Below the pieces are notes generated by a model. That model saw only the letters and a list, made by a program, of their open reading frames with translations. It did no database searches and was not told where the DNA came from. From Eledone cirrhosa (Eukaryota): a stretch of DNA of 64,000 bases. Below, one piece after another: positions 43,433 through 57,829 of this stretch; the first letter of the stretch is position 1; the number at the start of each line of letters is the position of its first letter. The stretch spans positions 9,176,001 to 9,240,000 of the forward strand of contig OZ024762.1 in NCBI GenBank assembly GCA_964016885.1, given 5' to 3'. A program made the translations under genes and the position numbers.

Positions 43433-43640
43433 ATATAGAGTTATATATAAATATACGTCTCTTAATCTCAACTCTTAATAACTTCATTGTTCACTTCATG
43501 GGACTATGTGGAAAAATGAACACCAGTCAATCATTCCACGAGAGTATCATGGTCAGACTCTGAATCTCTCGGTCACCCATCCTATATATGTAAATGAAAA
43601 AAGAAATGTCAATGCCACATCAATGCAGGCTTCACGTACA

Positions 43641-43679
<39 letters not shown>

Positions 43680-43714
43680 GATATGTAAACAAATATATAT
43701 ACAATATATATATA

Positions 43715-43757
<43 letters not shown>

Positions 43758-43758
43758 A

Positions 43759-43939
43759 TAGGAACAAGTATGACCCCGACGGCAGAGCTCAAGCCGTTTC
43801 GACGGCTAATTCTGGCCGCCGAAACGGCTTGAGCTCTGCCGTCGGGGTCATACCTATTCCTATTACCCACTCTACTACCCTAAGTATTGAGTACTTTGGT
43901 GCGTTATGGTCCTTCTGGTTCCTTACCACATTTCCTTCG

Positions 43940-43941
<2 letters not shown>
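43759..43941 (+). mobile_element. Family B1 element with fold-back
   Basis: Same tail; apex at ~43810. Confidence 0.85.
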
Positions 43942-44003
<62 letters not shown>

Positions 44004-44009
44004 ACATAC

Positions 44010-44056
<47 letters not shown>

Positions 44057-44150
44057 TACATGGGTGTGTATGATTGTGTATAGAAGATTATATTAATAAA
44101 AGGAATTCCAACTTTGTCTAATTTACTCGTTTTATTTACAATCCTTTAAA

Positions 44151-44264
<114 letters not shown>

Positions 44265-44415
44265 ACACGGGTGTGTATGATTGTGTATAGAAGATTATAT
44301 TAATAAGAGGAATTCCAACTTTGTTTGATTTACTCGTTTTATTTACAATCCTTTAAAATTTAGAATGGTATTAGAATGAAATAGTATGATAGAATATTAA
44401 ATGTTAAGTGTTAAT

Positions 44416-44454
44416 TGAACAAGTACTTTCATGCTTTCGCAATCTTCAGGTTTA
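44416..44454 (-). ncRNA. Minimal hammerhead ribozyme (family E)
   Basis: Reverse complement of the 44527 motif with one stem I mismatch. Confidence 0.65.
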
Positions 44455-44526
44455 TATTGTGTGGTGACAGTCAAGTTTGCAATTTTCCCAGTTGAAAATT
44501 GCAAACTTGACTGTCACCACACATTA

Positions 44527-44565
44527 TGAACCTGAAGATTGCGAAAGCATGAAAGTACTTGTTCA
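44527..44565 (+). ncRNA. 39-nt minimal hammerhead ribozyme (family E)
   Basis: TGAAC-CTGAAGA-T TGC GAAA GCA T-GAAA-GTAC-TT-GTTCA; palindrome AAGTACTT. Confidence 0.75.
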
Positions 44566-44680
44566 ATTAACACTTAACATTTAATATTCTATCATACTAT
44601 TTTATTCTAATACCATTATAAATTTTAAAGGATTATAAATAAAACGAGTAAATCAGACAAAGTTGGAATTCCTTTTATTA

Positions 44681-44711
<31 letters not shown>

Positions 44712-44728
44712 CATATGTATATATATAT

Positions 44729-44806
<78 letters not shown>

Positions 44807-44937
44807 ACATATGTATATATATGTATATGTGTATATATAAATATATATATATATGTATCATATATATATATGTATATATATGTATATATATATATATATG
44901 TTATGTAAATATATATAATATATACATATATACATTT

Positions 44938-44998
<61 letters not shown>

Positions 44999-45121
44999 TA
45001 TATATGTGATATATATATACATATATATATAAATATATATATGTGATATATATATATACATATATATATACATATATATATATATACATATACATATATA
45101 TATATATACATATATATATAC

Positions 45122-45185
<64 letters not shown>

Positions 45186-45382
45186 GTAGGTCCCGGGTTG
45201 AGTCGGGGATAACCACAGTAAGTAAGGTACTCAATACATGGCAGAGTAAAATTTTTATATTTTATAGAAGGAGCTTCTACAGGTCTAGTACTGTTTCATT
45301 CAGATGAAATCTTCAGGAAGCTCTTCTGAAGATTTCATCTGAATGAAACAGTACTAGTCCTGTAGAAGCTCCTTCTATAAAA
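45186..45382 (-). mobile_element. Family C element with fold-back
   Basis: Tail at 45186-45265; arms 45262-45316 and 45325-45380. Confidence 0.82.
45271..45323 (-). ncRNA. Type-I hammerhead ribozyme (family C, complete)
   Basis: Minus: GAGCTTC-CTGAAGA-T TTC atct GAA T-GAAA-CAG tactagac CTG-TA-GAAGCTC; 7-bp stem I. Confidence 0.78.
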
Positions 45383-45384
45383 TA

Positions 45385-45415
<31 letters not shown>

Positions 45416-45937
45416 TATCATATATATATATATCATATATATATCATATATATATATCATATATATCATATATATATAGCCATATATATTTACATAGTAA
45501 CGACAGAGATATCATTAACATACAACTGGGGAAATGTTAGATTCAGTCAGGTATGAGAATGTTGAGTTTTTCCTCATTACATAATATTTATAGCTAAGTA
45601 TATATACAGATGCACACATATATATAATATATGTGTGTATGTGTATATATAGGGGCATATATATATATATATATATATAGGTGGGTGTGTGTAATATATA
45701 TATGTATATATATATATCTAATATATATATATACATATATAATCATATGTATGTATTTATATAAAAATGTATATATTTTTGTATATATTAATGTGTACAT
45801 ATATATATAATATATATATATACATATACAATCATATGTATGTATATATATAAAAATGTATATATATATATATATATATATATGTTTGTCTGTTTGAATA
45901 TAAATAAATATATATATATATATATATATATAGATTA

Positions 45938-46032
45938 ATATTAATAACTTTGAAGACTAAAATCCAAAGAGGGCTCGATAAGGATAAATAAATATCGATT
46001 ATATAAGAACCGTAGAGCAAATATTTATTAAA
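45938..46032 (-). mobile_element. Family D tail fragment
   Basis: Matches 48130-48243. Confidence 0.75.
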
Positions 46033-46109
46033 AGATGTATGTATATTTATTTTGTACATCCCAAAATTTATATATAATGATCTAAAAACATATATTTACA
46101 TCGCATTCT

Positions 46110-46260
46110 TTAAGGGTATGTCAATATTTATTTATAAAACTAATCTATATTATATTTTATCTGATGAAAGCACACCATAATTTAACTTGGTGTCCTTGAA
46201 ATATGTATAATGAAATAAATATTGTTTCATAAATATAGTTTCCATTTGTTAATATATCGT
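46110..46260 (+). mobile_element. Family A fragment with HHR at 46155-46215
   Basis: Nearly identical to 15241-15390. Confidence 0.82.
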
Positions 46261-46339
46261 ATAGACATATATGTATATTTACACTTATACGTGCGTATAT
46301 ATGTGAATATAAACACGCACACACACACACACACACACG

Positions 46340-46431
<92 letters not shown>

Positions 46432-46435
46432 TATT

Positions 46436-46511
<76 letters not shown>

Positions 46512-46878
46512 TATATATAGATATAATATTAAAGTTGTTTTATGCTTAATTGACACTTAAATCATACATTTTACGCACGCATGATACTACAGCAAAAAGT
46601 GTGTATACAGTCTCAGAATCAATGAAACGATTCTAGACACATACATACATACATACATACATACATACTTACATACATACATACTTACATAGACACATAT
46701 ATACATACATACATACACACATATATATATATATATAAATACATGCATACATGCAAACATACATACATACACACATATATATACATACATACATACATGC
46801 ATACATACATACATACATACACATATATATATAAATACATGCATACATGCAAACATACATACATATTATACATGACAG

Positions 46879-46979
46879 TACACGGTGTTGCCAAAATTGT
46901 ATACACACTTCAGCAGCATTCTAATAAGTATAGCCTTTACAGGTGATCAAAGTGTGTATACATTTCTGGGATCCCATGT
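46879..46979. mobile_element. Degenerate Tc1/mariner-like MITE
   Basis: TACACGGTGTTGCCAAAATTGTATACACACTT vs AAGTGTGTATACATTTCTGGGATCCCATGT. Confidence 0.45.
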
Positions 46980-47077
46980 CACTCCCACTCTCACCAAGCG
47001 TGAAACTAATAATATTTGTAACATATACTCCTGCGTTTGTCTGTTTTTTTTGTTTCTGATATTCCGAACTATATAAT

Positions 47078-47330
47078 CCGTCGAAACGGCTTCAGTTCTG
47101 CCGTCGGGGTCCTGAAACTTTTCCTGTATATATAGGAAAAGAGTCAGGAGCCCGACGGCTGAGCTCCGGCCGTTTCGACAGCTAGATCCGAACTGCTCGG
47201 CTCTAGCTGTCGAAACGGCCGGAGCTCAGCCGTCGGGCTCTTGACTCTTTTCCTATTACCCACTCTACTACCCTAAGTATTGAGTACTCCGGTGCGTTAT
47301 GATCCACTAGGTATTTTACCACACTTTCTA
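47078..47330 (+). mobile_element. Family B fragment plus B2 element with fold-back
   Basis: Apex GACAGCTAGATCCGA-actgc-TCGGCTCTAGCTGTC-GAAA-CGGC..GCCG-TC. Confidence 0.83.
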
Positions 47331-47351
47331 TATTATATATATATATAAAGT

Positions 47352-47651
<300 letters not shown>

Positions 47652-47847
47652 TGTGTGTGTATGTGTGTCTATGTGTGTGTGTGTGTTATAATAATAAATA
47701 GGGAACTATATATATATATGATATATACCAGTGTATAATGATGTATATTTAAACATAAGAGTATCGCGTTCCTATTAAGGTCCTGATTACGTGAGATAGA
47801 GTTTAATTTATTGTATTTCGCTGGGAGGTGATCTTATACGCAGACAC

Positions 47848-48017
<170 letters not shown>

Positions 48018-48036
48018 TATGTATATATATACATAC

Positions 48037-48311
<275 letters not shown>

Positions 48312-48390
48312 ATATATATATATATATATATATTTCGTTTCTGAATTTGTTTAGCAAGATTCTTTCTCTGAAAACGTGTGTTGAAACTGA

Positions 48391-48965
48391 TATTGTTATA
48401 CTTTGGGAAGGTCATGTTGCCAATAAGAAACACACGCACCAGATGGTTTCACTCCAATTTATTATAAATTAAAAAAATTTTTTTAAATAAAATCTACACA
48501 CAGAAAAGACGCAATGTTTAGACAAATCACAGAGGCAATAAACATAAATGAACTCCAACCAAAATTAAATAGAAAACATGAATGGAATAGCAACATCACA
48601 ACTTACAGTTAAGGACAAAATGAAAACACACACACATAGAACAAACATGTAAATAACCAAATAAATAAACAAATAAAAACACACACAGACACCCGGATGT
48701 AACACATGTGCAAACTAAGCACACCACACACAAAACCAAGATTGCGTAGGACAGAACAAAGGAGAGGCACAAAACAAAGAAAAGAATCCCCAGTCACTGA
48801 ATAAGTCATAGAATGTGTGACGAAAGAACTTTGACAATATATGAACAACCGTCCTGTTGTGGAACCAACCAACCAACCGGAAATTTATAAATTTTTTATA
48901 ATAAATTGGAGTGAAAGCAACTGGTGCATGTGTTTCTTATTGGCAACATGACCCTCCCAAAGTAT

Positions 48966-48972
<7 letters not shown>
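48391..48972 (+). mobile_element. Family H element: ~75-bp inverted ends, decayed HHR at 48793-48835
   Basis: 48391-48468 vs 48897-48972; GTCA-CTGAATA-A-GTCATA..TGTGAC-GAAA-GAAC-TT-TGAC. Confidence 0.7.
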
Positions 48973-48997
<25 letters not shown>

Positions 48998-49330
48998 TAG
49001 TTAAAACAGTAAACAAAAAACAAAAACAAAGCGAAGAGTTCAGTACAAAGTAAACGGTACATGAGAGTGCGTAATGAATATGTTGCATTTTGGATTATCC
49101 AAGGGCCTTGTGGATGTCACACCTGTTGGAACATCTGCAGGAACGAGGCCCGATATCAGGGTAATTCTTGGGCTTATGGCCGATCGGGTCAGCGTTGCAA
49201 AGATGGCCCCTATCCCTAAAGAAGCGGCTGTTATAGGAAAAAGAAGTTAAAAATGTCATTTGGGTTTTTAACGAGGTTTATTTACAATAATTGTAACCCT
49301 AACCGGGGTGGGATATATTACTTTAGAATA

Positions 49331-49364
<34 letters not shown>

Positions 49365-49366
49365 CG

Positions 49367-49404
<38 letters not shown>

Positions 49405-49490
49405 CGTGTGTGTGTGTGTGAGTTTGTATATATATATATGTGTTTATATATATGTATATATAAATTTATGAATATAGATGTATATGTATA

Positions 49491-49579
<89 letters not shown>

Positions 49580-49580
49580 A

Positions 49581-49770
49581 TAGGAAAATGTATGACCCCG
49601 ACGGCAGAGCTGAAGCCGTTTCGATGGCTATTTCCAGAAATAGCCGATCAAAACGGCTTGAGCTCTGCCGTCGGGGTCATACATTTTCCTATTTCCCACT
49701 CTACTACCCTAAGTATTGAGTACTCTGGTGCGTTATGGTCCATCTGGTTCCTTATCACAACTCCTTCGTT
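49581..49770 (+). mobile_element. Family B1 element with fold-back
   Basis: Apex GGCTATTTC-CA-GAAATAGCC plus tail. Confidence 0.85.
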
Positions 49771-49834
49771 ATATATATATATATCTATATATATATAAAT
49801 ATATATATTGATATAATAAATGTGAAGACTAAAA

Positions 49835-49985
49835 TCCCCAGTGCATTACTGGTACTTTATTTTATCGACCCCGTAAGGATGAAAGGCAAAGTTAACATCG
49901 GCGGGATTTAAAACCAGATCATAAAGGGACGTAACTCTATGCTGCAAACCATGGCGTCCGACCCTCTACCGATAATGCCAATCCA
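49835..49985 (-). mobile_element. S1 SINE; a second partial copy lies at 50925-51020
   Basis: S1 core. Confidence 0.85.
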
Positions 49986-50008
49986 TCATCAAGTACATAG
50001 TATCGTGA

Positions 50009-50899
50009 GGACATCTTTGGACAACTGCTTATTACGTGGACATCTTGCGACAACTGCTTATTACGTGGACATCTTTGGACAACTGCTTATTACGTGGACA
50101 TCTTGCGACAACTGCTTATTACGTGGACATCTTGCGACAACTGCTTATTACGTGGACATCTTTGGACAACTGCTTATTACGTGGACATCTTGCGACAACT
50201 GCTTATTACGTGGACATCTTTGGACAACTGCTTATTATGTTGACATCTTGGGACAACTGCTTATTACGTGGACATCTTTGGACAACTGCTTATTACGTGG
50301 ACATCTTTGGACAACTGCTTATTACGTGGACATCTTGCGACAACTGCTTATTACGTGGACATCTTTGGACAACTGCTTATTACGTGGACATCTTTGGACA
50401 ACTGCTTATTACGTGGACATCTTGGGACAACTGCTTATTACGTGGACATCTTTGGACAACTGCTTATTATGTTGACATCTTGGGACAACTGCTTATTACG
50501 TGGACATCTTGGGACAACTGCTTATTACGTGGACATCTTGGGACAACTGCTTATTACGTGGACGTCTTGGGACCACTGCTTATTACGTGGACATCTTGGG
50601 ACAACTGCTTATTATGTTGGTAACATCTTGGGACAACTGCTTATTACGTGGACATCTTGGGACAACTGCTTATTACGTGGACATCTTGGGACAACTGCTT
50701 ATTACGTTGGTAACATCTTGGGACAACTGCTTATTACGTGGACGTCTTGGGACAACTGCTTATTACGTGGACATCTTGGGACAACTGCTTATTATGTTGG
50801 TAACATCTGGGGACAACTGCTTATTACGTGGACATCTTGGGACAACTGCTTATTACGTGGACATCTTGGGACAACTGCTTATTATGTTGGTAACATCTT
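50009..50899. repeat. 29-bp minisatellite, ~30 copies
   Basis: GGACATCTT(GC/TG/GG)GACAACTGCTTATTACGT. Confidence 0.96.
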
Positions 50900-51444
50900 A
50901 GATGTTTTTTTCCGCAGAGTAAATTTAAACCTTGGCGGGATTTGAACACAGAATATAAAGAACTAGAACAAATACTACTAAAACATTTTTACCCGATGTT
51001 CTACCAATTCTGCTAACACATCACCATCACTAAACAACATAACACTCCTTTATATTGCTTCGGGAAATCACTTTATTGAGGTCTTTGTAAGAATTCAGCA
51101 TATGAAAGCACATTCTTGTCGTTAGTATACTTTTTAAAAAAAACAAATATCTCTAAATTAAAGCCCCATGGCGAAGTTGAACCTAAACAACTTGATGTAC
51201 TCTATCCTAGATTGTCTCTGTACAAAAGAAAGAAGATTTCAATGGTTGCTAGATTTGAACTTTATCATTTTTTTTTTCACCTCGTGTCTTACGCCGTCCG
51301 TCTCGCGGGTGTATATAGCGATGTTGAATGCATATATACTACGTTTCTCCTCCGGTTAGGGAAGGTTGTGCTTATGTTTTTAATAAAAAGCCAGTTACCT
51401 GAAACACGTACGAATCTCGGGTGTATATATATATATGTATATCC

Positions 51445-51480
<36 letters not shown>

Positions 51481-51571
51481 AATTATATTTATATATAATA
51501 TATGTATATATTTATGTATATATTATATATATATGCAAATGTATATATATATATATATATATGTGTGTGTA

Positions 51572-51629
<58 letters not shown>

Positions 51630-51713
51630 AAATTATATTTATATATAATATATGTATATATTTATGTATATATTATATATATATGCAAATGTATATATAT
51701 ATATGTGTGTGTA

Positions 51714-51833
<120 letters not shown>

Positions 51834-51922
51834 TCATTTTTATATATTTGCCTTTAGGTTGTTGTTTGTTTTAAAATTCTGTTGGAGTACATAACGTTCT
51901 GTTGAGTGCATCAGTGTGTATG

Positions 51923-51984
<62 letters not shown>

Positions 51985-52494
51985 AACAGTGATTGCTTCA
52001 TCTTTGTGTTGTGTCCTTGAGCAAGACACTCTATTTCACGTTGATCCGGTCCACTTATCTGGCAAACATGAGTTGTATCTATAATCCAAAACAACACCCT
52101 CGTCACACGATGTGTTCAGGGTCGAATTTAATGCGGGACGGAGGGGTCAATTGCCCCCGGGGTCCCTGCAGTGTGGGGCCCACCAGCGAGGGTCATAGCA
52201 ATTTATTTGTGCCTTCAGTCGGGCTTTTTAGTTTTAGAATAGTTAGAATTTTTTTTATTTAATACTTGTCTGTATAACTTTTCAATTCCATTTACTTGTC
52301 ACACATTGTGTTCAGGGCCGGATTTAATAGGGGACGGAGGGTGCAATTTCCCCGGGCTCCGTGCAGTGTGGGACCTCACCAGCGACGGCCTTAGCAATTT
52401 ATTTGTGCCTTAAGCTGGGCTTTTTAGTTTTAGGATGGTTAGAATTCTTTAATTTAATACCTGTATGTATAACTTGATGTCACTTACACTCACC

Positions 52495-54737
52495 TACTTC
52501 AACATAAGCTGGCGACATCTGACTTTGAGAGAGAGATATGCCGGCCTCCCACGCATATATCTCGTCGTACATAAAAGGAGAGTAAGATTTACTGGCCACT
52601 GCCATCTTGTCACCTATGAGGCTGTGTCCCCACTAATGCTTTGGAAACCACGACAGTCACTAATAACAGAGGGGGCAAGCTCTCCTCTCCCCGATTTACT
52701 GGCCACTGCCATCTTGTCACCTATGAGGCTGTGTCCCCACTAGTGCTTTGGAAACCACGACAGTCACTAATAACAGGGAGCAAGCTCTCCTCCCCTCGGT
52801 TTGCTGACCACTGCCATCTTGTCACCTATGAGGCTGTGTCCCCACTAGTGCTTTGGAAACCACGACAGTCACTAATAACAGGGAGCAAGCTCTCCTCCCC
52901 TCGGTTTGCTGACCACTGCCATCTTGTCACCTATGAGGCTGTGTCCCCACTAGTGCTTTGGAAACCACGACAGTCACTAATAACAGGGGGGGCAAGCTCT
53001 CCTCCCCTCGGTTTGCTGACCACTGCCATCTTGTCACCTATGAGGCTGTGTCCCCACTAGTGCTTTGGAAACCACGACAGTCACTAATAACAGGGGGGGC
53101 AAGCTCTCCTCCCCTCGGTTTGCTGACCACTGCCATCTTGTCACCTATGAGGCTGTGTCCCCACTAGTGCTTTGGAAACCACGACAGTCACTAATAACAG
53201 AGGGAGCAAGCTCTCCTCCCCTCGGTTTGCTGGCCACTGCCATCTTGTCACCTATGAGGCTGTGTCCCCACTAGTGCTTTGGAAACCACGACAGTCACTA
53301 ATAACAGGGGGGGCAAGCTCTCCTCCCCTCGGTTTGCTGACCACTGCCATCTTGTCACCTATGAGGCTGTGTCCCCACTAGTGCTTTGGAAACCACAAAC
53401 AGTCACTAATAACAGGGGGCAAGCTCTCCTCCCCTCGGTTTGCTGACCACTGCCATCTTGTCACCTATGAGGCTGTGTCCCCACTAGTGCTTTGGAAACC
53501 ACGACAGTCACTAATAACAGAGGGGGCAAGCTCTCCTATCCCCGATTTACTGGCCACTGCCATCTTGTCACCTATGAGGCTGTGTCCCCACTAGTGCTTT
53601 GGAAACCACGACAGTCACTAATAACAGGGGGGGGCAAGCTCTCCTCCCCTCGGTTTGCTGACCACTGCCATCTTGTCACCTATGAGGCTGTGTCCCCACT
53701 AGTGCTTTGGAAACCACGACAGTCACTAATAACAGGGGGGGGCAAGCTCTCCTCCCCTCGGTTTGCTGACCACTGCCATCTTGTCACCTATGAGGCTGTG
53801 TCCCCACTAGTGCTTTGGAAACCACGACAGTCACTAATAACAGAGGGGGCAAGCTCTCCTATCCCCGATTTACTGGCCACTGCCATCTTGTCACCTATGA
53901 GGCTGTGTCCCCACTAGTGCTTTGGAAACCACGACAGTCACTAATAACAGAGGGTGCAAGCTCTCCTATCCCCAATTTGCTGACCACTGCCATCTTGTCA
54001 CCTATGAGGCTGTGTCCCCACTAGTGCTTTGGAAACCACAAACAGTCACTAATAACAGAGGGTGCAAGCTCTCCTCTCCCCGATTTGCTGACCACTGCCA
54101 TCTTGTCACCTATGAGGCTGTGTCCCCACTAGTGCTTTGGAAACCACGACAGTCACTAATAACAGAGGGTGCAAGCTCTCCTCCCCCCGATTTACTGGCC
54201 ACTGCCATCTTGTCACCTATGAGGCTGTGTCCCCACTAGTGCTTTGGAAACCACAAACAGTCACTAATAACAGAGGGTGCAAGCTCTCCTCCCCTCGGTT
54301 TGCTGGCCACTGCCATCTTGTCACCTATGAGGCTGTGTCCCCACTAGTGCTTTGGAAACCACGCCAGTCACTAATAACAGAGGGGGCAAGCTCTCCTCCC
54401 CTCGGTTTGCTGGCCACTGCCATCTTGTCACCTATGAGGCTGAGTCCCCACTAGTGCTTTGGAAACCACGACAGTCACTAATAACAGAGGGAGCAAGCTC
54501 TCCTCTCCCCGATTTACTGGCCACTGCCATCTTGTCACCTATGAGGCTGTGTCCCCACTAGTGCTTTGGAAACCACGACAGTCACTAATAACAGAGGGGG
54601 CAAGCTCTCCTATCCCAATGTCATCGCCAGAGATTCTGGTATTGAAATCCAGGACTTGGCAACGGCACTGAACGACAGACCCACGTGGAGATCAATTGTT
54701 GAGCCCATTTCGGCTGAGGCCGCCGGGTGATGATGAT
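52495..54737 (+). mobile_element. RTE-type LINE 3' end with (TGA)n tail, internally expanded
   Basis: NISWRH..YAGLPRI..RRVRFTGHC..LWKP..KLSYPNVIARDSGIEIQDLATALNDRPTWRSIV..*. Confidence 0.85.
52586..54615. repeat. 107-bp tandem satellite, ~19 copies, derived from the LINE ORF
   Basis: CCACTGCCATCTTGTCACCTATGAGGCTGTGTCCCCACTAGTGCTTTGGAAACCACGACAGTCACTAATAACAG.. every 105-108 bp. Confidence 0.97.
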
Positions 54738-55045
54738 ATGTAAACTAACTTTGATATGTAAAATTGGGGAGGGGTTTGCTGTGTATTCTAATTTTTTGTG
54801 TATGAGGGGACCCCCAAAACCTGAAGACCCCCAAGTACCCCAAATCTAAATCCAACCCTGACTGTGTCAACCTGAATGTCCCAGAGTACCACATTAAGAG
54901 TACACGTGTCTGTAGAATGCTCAGGCACCAGTATATTAATTTCATGAGCTTAGCTGTGAGCCTGGTCAACTATTGTAACTAGCTTTCATTCTTGATAACA
55001 ATACACACACATACATATTTATGTATGTGTGTGTATATGTATGTG

Positions 55046-55077
<32 letters not shown>

Positions 55078-55428
55078 TGTATGTATGTATGTATGTATGT
55101 ATGTATGTATGTGTGTGTGTATGTGTGTATGACTGTGTGTGTGTGTGTGTGTAAAAGGTAAACAGAAATAACAACCCAATCAGTACAGTATATGGAAGGA
55201 ATATATTGGGTTACACACACACATATAAATATATATATATACATACACATATACATATATATTTATATATATGAATATATGTATGTACACACACACATAC
55301 ACATATATATATATATACATATATATATTTATATTTATATATATAAATATATACACACACACATATATATGTCTGTATGTGTATGTGTGTGTGTGTATAT
55401 ATATATATAAATGTATAGTATATATATA

Positions 55429-55459
<31 letters not shown>

Positions 55460-56647
55460 TGATATGTAGACAAGAGTGTATATATATGTGTGTATACACC
55501 CAAAATACACATATTACATGTACATACAACATACAAACAATAATACTCATATATACACTTCAACATACATACATATATATACATACATATATACATATAT
55601 AGAGTTTTATTTAATGTTTACAGGAGTATGTATGTATGTATATGTATGTATGTGTATCTATGTATGTATGTATATGTATGTGTATGTATGTATGTGTATG
55701 TATGTGTATGTATGTATGTGTATGTATGTATGTGTATGTATGTATGTGAGTATGTGTATGTATGTATGTATGTGTATGTATGTGTATGTATGTGTGTGTA
55801 TGTGTATACATGTGTGTGTATGTGTATACATGTATGTGTATGTATGTATGTATGTATGTATGTGTATGTATGTATGTGTATGTGTATGTATGTATGTGTA
55901 TGTATGTATGTGTATGTATGTATGTGTATGTATGTGTATGTATGTATGTGTGTGGGTGTATGTATGTGTATGTATGTATGTGTATGTATGTATGAGTATG
56001 TATGTATGTGTATGTGTGTATGTGTGTATGTATGTACGTATGTATGTATGTGTGTGTGTATGTATGTATGTATGTATGTATGTATGTATGCATGTACGTG
56101 TGCATGTGTGTATGTATATGTAAGTATGCATGCATGTATGTGTGTGTATATGTATGTATATGTATGTGCTTATGTCTGTATATATGTATGTATGCATGTA
56201 TGTGTGTATCTGTATATGTATGTATATGTACGTATGTATGTATGTGTATGTATATATGTATATATATATGTATATATGTGTATGTATATATGTATGTTTG
56301 TATGTATATGTATATGTATATATGTATGTATGTATATATGTATGTATGTGTATATATATATATATGTATGTATGTATAAATGTATGTATGTGTAGAAGAG
56401 GGGCTGGTGGGGGTATGGAATGTGTTCCATTAATCAGCAGGTATCAACAGTTACAGCTGCAACAACAGATGCAGTGATGCACCTCCCCCCCCCACCCCAC
56501 CCCTTTCTTGCTGCATCACTCATGTGCATCAACAGCGGCACAATAACACTCTCTATTACTCATACATAGATATACACACACACACATATATACATATATA
56601 TATATACACACATATATACATATATATATATACATATATATATACAC

Positions 56648-56732
<85 letters not shown>

Positions 56733-56748
56733 CATGTATATATATATG

Positions 56749-56799
<51 letters not shown>

Positions 56800-56827
56800 G
56801 TATATACATATACATAAATATTTAGTA

Positions 56828-56859
<32 letters not shown>

Positions 56860-57103
56860 CATATTTATATACACATATATATATATATATATATACATAC
56901 ATACATACATACATTAATACATACATACACATATACAACACATAGACAGACATTCACATACACACATATACACACGTACATACATACATACATACATACA
57001 TACATACACGTACATACATACACGTACATACACATACTCATACATATATGCATGCACATACACGCATAGATACACATACTTATACACACTAACATAAATA
57101 CAA

Positions 57104-57138
<35 letters not shown>

Positions 57139-57293
57139 TACACACACACATACACAAATACACACACACGCACACACACACACAAATACACACACACACA
57201 TACACAAATACACGCACACACACACACACAAATACACACACACATACCAATACACACACATACACACACAAATACACACACACACACACAAAT

Positions 57294-57334
<41 letters not shown>

Positions 57335-57829
57335 CTCTCTCTCTCCTCTTTCTCTCTCTCTTTTTCAGCATTGATCTCTTCATGTGTCAAACCTGGTTGT
57401 TGTTGTTGTTGTTACAGTCGTTATTGTTGTTATTGTTGTTGTTGTTGTTGTTACAGTTGTTATTGCTGTTGTTATTCCTGTTATTATTGTTGTTGTTACA
57501 GTTGTTGTTATTGTTTTTGTTGTTGTTGTTATTGTTATTCTTGTTGTTATTGTAGATGTCACTCTTGCTGCTGTTGTTGTTGTTACAGTTGTTATTTTAT
57601 TTGTATTTGTTGTTGTTATTGTTGCAGTGTTTGTTATTGTATTTGTTGTTGTTGTTATGCTTGCTGTAATGTTGTTTTAGTTGTAGTTGTTGTTGTTGTT
57701 ATTATTGCAGTTGTTACTATTGTTGAAAGTTGTTGTTGTTATTATTGTATTGTTGTTGTTGTTGTTGTTGTTGTTATAGTTGTATTGTTGTTGTTGTTGA
57801 TGTTGTAGTTGTTGTTGTGGTGCTATGTT

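Larger units (their letters stand above)
52313..54860. mobile_element. hAT (Tip100-like) MITE; left end duplicated at 52117 (196-bp period)
   Basis: TIRs CAGGGCCGGATTTA / TAAATCCAACCCTG; degenerate 8-bp TSD ATTGTGTT / ACTGTGTC. Confidence 0.7.
52005..54970 (+). mobile_element. CORE-like SINE split into 52005-52116 and 54861-54970 by a hAT MITE
   Basis: The uninterrupted relative at 57925-58035 reads ..CTTGTTACACAATGTGACATGCTGAATCTCCCTGAG.. across the junction. Confidence 0.65.

Noticed and set aside
49939-50945. LRR-looking ORFs and CRISPR-like 29-bp repeats
   Set aside because: The 29-bp unit cycles through frames; there are no unique spacers and no cas genes, and the context is eukaryotic
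52641-54671. Series of repeated 69-141-aa ORFs as a gene cluster
   Set aside because: Artefact of the 107-bp LINE-derived array with frameshifting units
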